Shown piece by piece: positions 58,609 through 64,000 of a DNA stretch of 64,000 bases (the stretch's first letter is position 1; the number at the start of each line of letters is the position of its first letter). Location of the stretch: assembly GCA_963741955.1 (NCBI GenBank), contig CAVUKB010000006.1, positions 1-64,000 on the forward strand. The letters run 5' to 3'. Below the pieces are notes generated by a model that was not told the origin of the DNA, searched no databases, and was given only the letters and a program-made list of their open reading frames with translations. This DNA comes from an uncultured Acidobacteriota bacterium (GTDB lineage Bacteria > Acidobacteriota > Thermoanaerobaculia > Gp7-AA8). A program made the position numbers and the translations under genes.

Positions 58609-59883
58609 ATGCCTCTCGTGCTGATCGGCGTGAACCACAAGACCGCTCCGGTCGAGGTGCGGGAGCAGCTCAGCGTCGCAGACGGCGATCAGGAGAAACT
58701 CCTCGCCAGCATCCACGGAGTGGAAGGGGTCGAAGGAGTGATCGTCCTCTCGACCTGCAACCGCATCGAAGTGATCCTCTCGGTCCGCGACGAGGACGTC
58801 CTCGACCCGGTCATCGATCACCTCATCAGCCGCTCGACACTCAGCCGCGCCGAGATCGAACAGCATTTCTACATTCTCCGTCATCGGGACGTGGTGCGGC
58901 ATCTCTTCCGCGTTGCCTCCGGTCTCGATTCGATGATCCTGGGTGAGCCGCAGATCGCAGGTCAGTTCCGCGCTGCGTATCAGCGATCGGTCGACGCGCA
59001 GCTGCTCGACATGGTGCTGCGTAAGCTCGGTGAACACACTCTTCACGTGGCGAAAAAGGTCCGCACCGACACCGGAATCGGAGAGAGTGCGGTATCGATC
59101 CCATTCGCCGGTGTCGAGCTCGCGAGGAAGATCTTCGGTGACCTGACCGGATTGCGGGTTCTCCTCGTCGGCGCGGGAGAGATCGGCGAGCTGACCGCCA
59201 TCCATCTGCACGGGTTCGGCGCCGAGCGCGTCTGGGTCGCGAACCGCTCGTTCGAAAAGGCGGTGGAGCTCGCCGGCCGTTTCGACGGCGAAGCGATCGA
59301 GTTCGGCGCTCTCGATTCGAAGCTCGGCGATTCCGACATCGTGATCGTCTCGACCTCGGCACCGAACTACGTCATCACCTCCGACCAGGTCAGAGAGGCG
59401 CTTTCGTCGCGCCGCAGGCGGAGTCTCTTCCTGATCGACCTGTCGGTTCCCCGCAACATCGATCCCACCATCTCCGAGGTCTCCGGATCGTACCTCTACA
59501 ACGTGGACGACCTGAAGGAAGTGGTCGACACGAATCTCGAGTCGAGAGCGAAGAAGGCGGAATTCGCCGAAGAGATCGTAGAGAAGGAATCCGACGGTTT
59601 CGTCCGGCGGATCGCGACTCACGAAGTGGTACCGACCATCGTCGAGCTCCAGCATCACCTCGACGAGATGCGGAGAGCGGAGCTGGAGAAATGTCTCCGC
59701 AAACTCGGTCCCATCACCACCGAACAGCAGGCAGCAATCGAGATGCTCACCACCGGGATCGTCAACAAGGTCCTCCACTACCCGATCCTCCGGCTCAAGG
59801 AATCGGCGTCCGACGAGCCGGCCGCCGCAACGCAACCCGAGTCGGTACGCGAGACCATCCGCCGGATATTTGGACTGCGATGA
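58609..59883 (+). CDS. hemA: Glutamyl-tRNA reductase
   Basis: GVNHKTAPVEVRE, LSTCNRIE, SGLDSMILGEPQI, GAGEIG, DLSVPRNID. Confidence 0.97.
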   Translation: MPLVLIGVNHKTAPVEVREQLSVADGDQEKLLASIHGVEGVEGVIVLSTCNRIEVILSVRDEDVLDPVIDHLISRSTLSRAEIEQHFYILRHRDVVRHLFRVASGLDSMILGEPQIAGQFRAAYQRSVDAQLLDMVLRKLGEHTLHVAKKVRTDTGIGESAVSIPFAGVELARKIFGDLTGLRVLLVGAGEIGELTAIHLHGFGAERVWVANRSFEKAVELAGRFDGEAIEFGALDSKLGDSDIVIVSTSAPNYVITSDQVREALSSRRRRSLFLIDLSVPRNIDPTISEVSGSYLYNVDDLKEVVDTNLESRAKKAEFAEEIVEKESDGFVRRIATHEVVPTIVELQHHLDEMRRAELEKCLRKLGPITTEQQAAIEMLTTGIVNKVLHYPILRLKESASDEPAAATQPESVRETIRRIFGLR

Positions 59884-60803
59884 AGAAAATTCGAATCGGA
59901 ACCCGCGGCAGCGATCTCGCGCTCTGGCAGGCGAACACGGTCTCCAACAAACTCTCCGAAGCAGGTTTCCCATCCGAGATCCGGATCATCAAAACGACCG
60001 GAGACCGGCGCCAGGACGTCCCCCTCGCCTCCATCGGCGGGAAGGGACTCTTCATCAAGGAGATCGAAGAGGCACTCGACTCCGGCAGCATCGACATCGC
60101 AGTGCACAGCCTCAAGGACGTCCCGTCGATCGTGCCGCCCCGGTTTCGTCTGGGTGCTTTCCTCGAGCGCGCCGACCCTCGGGATGCGTGGCTGCAGCCC
60201 GACTTCCGTGCCATCGAGACCCTCTCGAAGGGGGCGAAGGTCGCGACCAGCTCGCCGCGCCGCCGTGCCCAGGTCAAGCGCCTCCACCCGCAGGTCGAGC
60301 TCGACGAGATCCGCGGCAACGTCGACACGCGCATCCGGAAGATGCACAGTGGACTCTGTGACGGAATGATTCTCGCCGCAGCGGGCCTGACCCGACTGGG
60401 ACGCGATTCGGAGATCGTATCCTTCTTCCCGGTCGACCAGATGGTTCCGGCCGCGGGTCAGGGGATCGTAGCGATCGAGACGTGTGCGGGCCGCGACGAC
60501 CTTCTGCCGGCGCTCGAAGCGATCGACCACGCCGATTCTCATCTCGCAGCCGAGAGCGAGCGCGGTGTGCTCCAGCGCTTCGGGACTCTCCTCGACTGCT
60601 ACTCCTGCATCGCGGTACACGCCCGCACGGAAGACGGCACGCTGCAGATCGACGCATTCCTCTCCGACCCTTCCGGCGAGCAGGCGCTCCGATTGAAACG
60701 ATTCGGCGCACGCGACGACGCCTCCGCGATCGTCAATGCAGTGGCGGATGAGCTGATCGCGCAGGGAGCGTACGAGTTGCTCGGGATCGAGCCGGCGCCG
60801 TGA
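59880..60803 (+). CDS. hemC: Hydroxymethylbilane synthase (porphobilinogen deaminase)
   Basis: IGTRGSDLALWQA, GGKGLFIKEIE, AVHSLKDVP, TSSPRRRAQ, IRGNVDTR, PAAGQG. Confidence 0.96.
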   Translation: MKKIRIGTRGSDLALWQANTVSNKLSEAGFPSEIRIIKTTGDRRQDVPLASIGGKGLFIKEIEEALDSGSIDIAVHSLKDVPSIVPPRFRLGAFLERADPRDAWLQPDFRAIETLSKGAKVATSSPRRRAQVKRLHPQVELDEIRGNVDTRIRKMHSGLCDGMILAAAGLTRLGRDSEIVSFFPVDQMVPAAGQGIVAIETCAGRDDLLPALEAIDHADSHLAAESERGVLQRFGTLLDCYSCIAVHARTEDGTLQIDAFLSDPSGEQALRLKRFGARDDASAIVNAVADELIAQGAYELLGIEPAP

Positions 60804-61594
60804 GTCGCGAGGCCGCCTCTCCGCTCGCAGGACGCACCATCTTCGTCACGCGCGCGAAGAGTCAGGCCAACGATCTCTGCACTCTTCTCGAAGAGAGCGG
60901 CGCGGAAGTGATCGAAGTTCCGACCATCGAGATCACTTCCCCCGATTCGTGGGAGAGTCTCGACCACGTCATCGACTCACTGGAGCGGTGGGGGTGGCTG
61001 ATCTTCACCTCGACGAACGGAGTCGATTTCTTCTTCCGTCGCTGCGCGGAGAAGGGTCGGATCCTCGACCCTTCTGCACGACCGCAGGTCGCCGCCGTCG
61101 GCGCGAGCACCGCGGAAAGACTCGGCGATCACGGGATCACTCCCGATGTCGTCCCGGAGAAGTTCCAGGCGTCGGAAGTCCTCCCGCTTCTCCCCGCCGA
61201 GCAGCACGGGGTGCGCACCGCGGTCGTCCGCGCGGAGAAGGGACGGGAAGAGCTCATCGAGGAGCTGCGGAACCGCGGTGGAGAGGTCCATCTCGCGGTG
61301 GCGTACCGCACCCGGACCGCTCCCGGGATCCGTTCACACTTCGCACCGGCTCTCGCGCAAGGAGCGATCGACGCGATCACGTTCACCAGCTCGTCGACGG
61401 CGGAAAAGCTGTTCGGCGCACTGGAGGAATCGGAACGGGAAGAGTTGCGTCGCAACGTCTGCCTCGCATCGATCGGACCGGTGACCACGGAGACGTTGCG
61501 GCGGCTCGGGGCACCGCCGGCTTGCGAAGCGGCGCGACCTTCGATGGAGGCGCTCCGCGACGCGCTGGTGGAGTACTTCAGGCTGCGGCCGTAG
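60800..61594 (+). CDS. hemD: Uroporphyrinogen-III synthase
   Basis: FVTRAKSQA, FTSTNGV, AVGASTA, YRT, FTSSST, IGPVT. Confidence 0.95.
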   Translation: MSREAASPLAGRTIFVTRAKSQANDLCTLLEESGAEVIEVPTIEITSPDSWESLDHVIDSLERWGWLIFTSTNGVDFFFRRCAEKGRILDPSARPQVAAVGASTAERLGDHGITPDVVPEKFQASEVLPLLPAEQHGVRTAVVRAEKGREELIEELRNRGGEVHLAVAYRTRTAPGIRSHFAPALAQGAIDAITFTSSSTAEKLFGALEESEREELRRNVCLASIGPVTTETLRRLGAPPACEAARPSMEALRDALVEYFRLRP

Positions 61595-61611
61595 GCGCGG
61601 TTCGCCGAGAC

Positions 61612-61858
61612 GCCGGAGCGCGGACTTGCAGTCCGCAGCGAGGATCGTGTTCTTCGCCATGAAGACCGAACCTGCGGCCTCCGCGCCTGACCGCGGGGAG
61701 CTCGGGACGCAGAAGGCTTCTCATCTGGTGCCCGAGTACCGAAGATTGCGCAAGGGAAGTGACGAGCACGGGATGCTCGTCACAAGCCGGCAGAGATGCC
61801 GGCGCTCCAGCGCTCGTGCCACGGCCCGCGCGGCGGATTACAAATCCGCACTCCACTC
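61612..61858. repeat. REP-like palindromes after hemD
   Basis: GGAGCGCGGACTTGCAGTCCGC, GACGAGCACGGGATGCTCGTCACAAGCCGGCAGAGATGCCGGCGCTCCA (diverged copy of about 14550-14597), GCGGATTACAAATCCGCACTCCAC. Confidence 0.7.
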
Positions 61859-61945
61859 GCGTCAGGCCGCCGCCGGAGGGCCAGTGACAGCGTTCCGCAC
61901 GCATCCCGTAGCGAAACGCCCGCACCTTGTCTACACTCCCTCAAG

Positions 61946-64000
61946 ATGAGCTCTCGCCCCCGCGATCCCGGCGACTTCTCGATCCGTGCAGCGAACGCCC
62001 TCCTCTGGGTCGGATCCTTCGCGTTCGCAGTGGCGATCTTTCTCTGCGCACGAAGGCTGCTGGTCTGGATCCCACTGACCGCTCCCGACGCCGTCGGCCG
62101 GGTCACCATCGAAGGCGCCTCGAAGATGCGCGACTACGTCACGGCTGCGCTCTTCTACCTCGTCGCAGGCATCGGGACTCCGCTCATCGCGATCGGCCTC
62201 CGCCGGCTGCACGATCGATCCCTCGGATTCGGGGGCACCGCCACCAGACGGTTCGAGGCACCTTCACTCGCTCTCTTCTCCGTTCCGTTTCTGATCTCCC
62301 CGTTCTTCTATCTCACCACGCGCAAGGAAGGATGGGCACTGCTGCTGCCGTTCGTCCTTTCGCTGGCCGCTCCGTGGTCGTTCCGGGCCTGGTCGCGTCG
62401 CCGCTGGATCCGGGAGCTGTTCCAGCCGGCGCTCTTCGCGGCGAACGGACTCCTGATCACCGAAGGGTTCGCCTGGATTCTCGCGCGCTACATCGGGATC
62501 GGAAAACGAATCGCGCACATCCCCACTCTTTTCCTGGAGATCGCATTCCTCCTCTTCTTCCTCGCTGCGTTCTGGTGTGCCGCGGTGCTGATCTGCAGGA
62601 TTGCTTCTCTCTCGAGCGGTCGCTCGGTCGACCGGCTTCTCCCGCGGTTCGCCATCGGCGCGACACCACTTCTCGCGCTTCCTCCGATGCTCCTCTCACT
62701 GCGCACCGGGAGCGGCGCGGTCGGGATCGTCGTCGGCATCACCGCGATCACCGTGGTACTCGCGCTCCGGAGCGAGATCGATCCGCGGCCCCGCACCCTC
62801 CGTCTCTGGACGGCGCTCGCCGCGGTACCGATGCTCCTGTTCGTGTTCAGTTTCGCCTCCACCGCGATGCTCTCGCGCTGGGTCGATCTGTTTCATCGAG
62901 GGGAGTCGCTGGGACCCGCTTCGGACTACCTGCGCGGAAAGATCCCTTACCGCGACGTCTTCGTGCTGCATGGAATGCTCGAGGACGGACTCCTCGACAG
63001 CTGGCTGATGAATCTCTTCGGCCGCGGATACGAAGTGGCCGCGATGCGGATGGAGATTCTCTCCGCTCTGGTTCTCCCCGCGTTCTGGTACCTCGGGCTG
63101 GCGCTGTTCCGCTCGATGCCGCTCGCCCTCGCCACCGTCGCGGTCGGAATGGTCACGTCGTCGGACAACCAGCGGGGACTCCTGGCGATCGTCGCGGTCA
63201 CACTTCTGGTGGTCGCGATCACGCGGAGGCGGCAGCTTCCGCTGGTTCTGAGCGGCGCGGTGGCCGGGGTGGCTCTCTTCGTCAGTCTGGAGATCGGGAT
63301 CTACTCCATCGCAGGAGGATTCGCGACGCTCGTCGTCCTGGCCTTCCTGGAGCGATACCAGCCCGCGCAGCCGAACGCGATCGCAGGCCGGCGGTCTCTC
63401 CTGACGTTCGGGGGAGGGGTGATTGCCGGAACTGCGCCTTTCCTCGTCTATCTCGCTGTTCGCGGCGCGATCGGCGCGTTCTTCGAAACTTCATTCCGCA
63501 CGGTTCCGTCGATCATCGATTCGGTATGGTCCCTCCCGTTCCCGGACCTGACGTCCGCCTTCGGTACAGACCTGACCCTCCGGTCGATCTCGGACTTCGT
63601 GCTCGGGTCGCAGATGCGCTTCGTCCTGAATCCGCTGGTGATCGGCATCGCGCTCGCGGTGGTCGCGGCGATGGTGTACTCGCGACGGGTGACCGACGAC
63701 ACCCGCACTCTTCTCGCCCTCGCGATCGTCGCCGGATTGACCCAGCGGAGTGCCCTGGGGCGTGCCGACTTCCCGCATCAGTATTTTTCCGCGTTCCTGA
63801 TCGCGCCGATTGCGGTCATTCTGGCCGTCCTTCTCGCACGCCGGGTCGTGCCGCTGTGGCACCTCGGCGCCGGATCGAGAACGGCCATCGTCGTCGCCGC
63901 GTGCGCTCTCCTTCCAGCCGCGGTCGTGGCGCTCTGGATTCCCGACCTCCTCAATGCAAAGCTCGACGACGTGATTCGCTATCGGCCGCGTGTGTCGCGC
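61946..64000 (+). CDS. Large polytopic membrane protein, probable GT-C-type glycosyltransferase-like; 3' truncated
   Basis: Not in the ORF track. Frame from ATG 61946 spot-checked at several points and open to the edge; many TMs and VDLFHRGESLGPASDYLRGKIPYRDVFVLHG. Confidence 0.85.
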   Translation, partial: MSSRPRDPGDFSIRAANALLWVGSFAFAVAIFLCARRLLVWIPLTAPDAVGRVTIEGASKMRDYVTAALFYLVAGIGTPLIAIGLRRLHDRSLGFGGTATRRFEAPSLALFSVPFLISPFFYLTTRKEGWALLLPFVLSLAAPWSFRAWSRRRWIRELFQPALFAANGLLITEGFAWILARYIGIGKRIAHIPTLFLEIAFLLFFLAAFWCAAVLICRIASLSSGRSVDRLLPRFAIGATPLLALPPMLLSLRTGSGAVGIVVGITAITVVLALRSEIDPRPRTLRLWTALAAVPMLLFVFSFASTAMLSRWVDLFHRGESLGPASDYLRGKIPYRDVFVLHGMLEDGLLDSWLMNLFGRGYEVAAMRMEILSALVLPAFWYLGLALFRSMPLALATVAVGMVTSSDNQRGLLAIVAVTLLVVAITRRRQLPLVLSGAVAGVALFVSLEIGIYSIAGGFATLVVLAFLERYQPAQPNAIAGRRSLLTFGGGVIAGTAPFLVYLAVRGAIGAFFETSFRTVPSIIDSVWSLPFPDLTSAFGTDLTLRSISDFVLGSQMRFVLNPLVIGIALAVVAAMVYSRRVTDDTRTLLALAIVAGLTQRSALGRADFPHQYFSAFLIAPIAVILAVLLARRVVPLWHLGAGSRTAIVVAACALLPAAVVALWIPDLLNAKLDDVIRYRPRVSR

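Noticed and set aside
1-64000. Prophage, IS, integron, tRNA/rRNA or defence island
   Set aside because: No integrase, transposase, phage structural, nuclease or RNA-gene signature recognised by eye; small RNAs cannot be excluded without an Infernal search.

Overview
GC-rich bacterial chromosomal window. The gene content (lpxL-lpxK-waaA, hflX, ccsA/hemX-hemACD, glgA, dut, a sigma54 two-component system, many exported repeat proteins) suggests Acidobacteriota, probably Thermoanaerobaculia; this taxonomy is inference. About 40 CDS are supported, two of them cut by the window edges. I saw no rRNA, tRNA, CRISPR-cas, integrase or transposase. The right half (28-64 kb) is mostly housekeeping. The left half (0-28 kb) holds exported proteins separated by large mosaic arrays of REP-like palindromes. 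The strongest candidate for something undescribed is a signal-peptide-bearing CRTAC1/ASPIC-UnbV protein (6498-9635, minus). Its N-terminal ~400 aa contain four segments that align without gaps to the archaeal histone fold, arranged as a duplicated doublet, with the DNA-binding loop residues largely lost. Other points of note: a GAF-like/RomX-like gene split by a frameshift in a C8 tract; a 42-aa membrane peptide, absent from the ORF track, behind a sigma54 promoter; a classical sigma54 promoter layout before the two-component operon; a decayed copy of the 5' end of the TIGR02757 gene 9.7 kb upstream; and several apparently leaderless genes. All family calls come from motif recognition by eye, not database searches.
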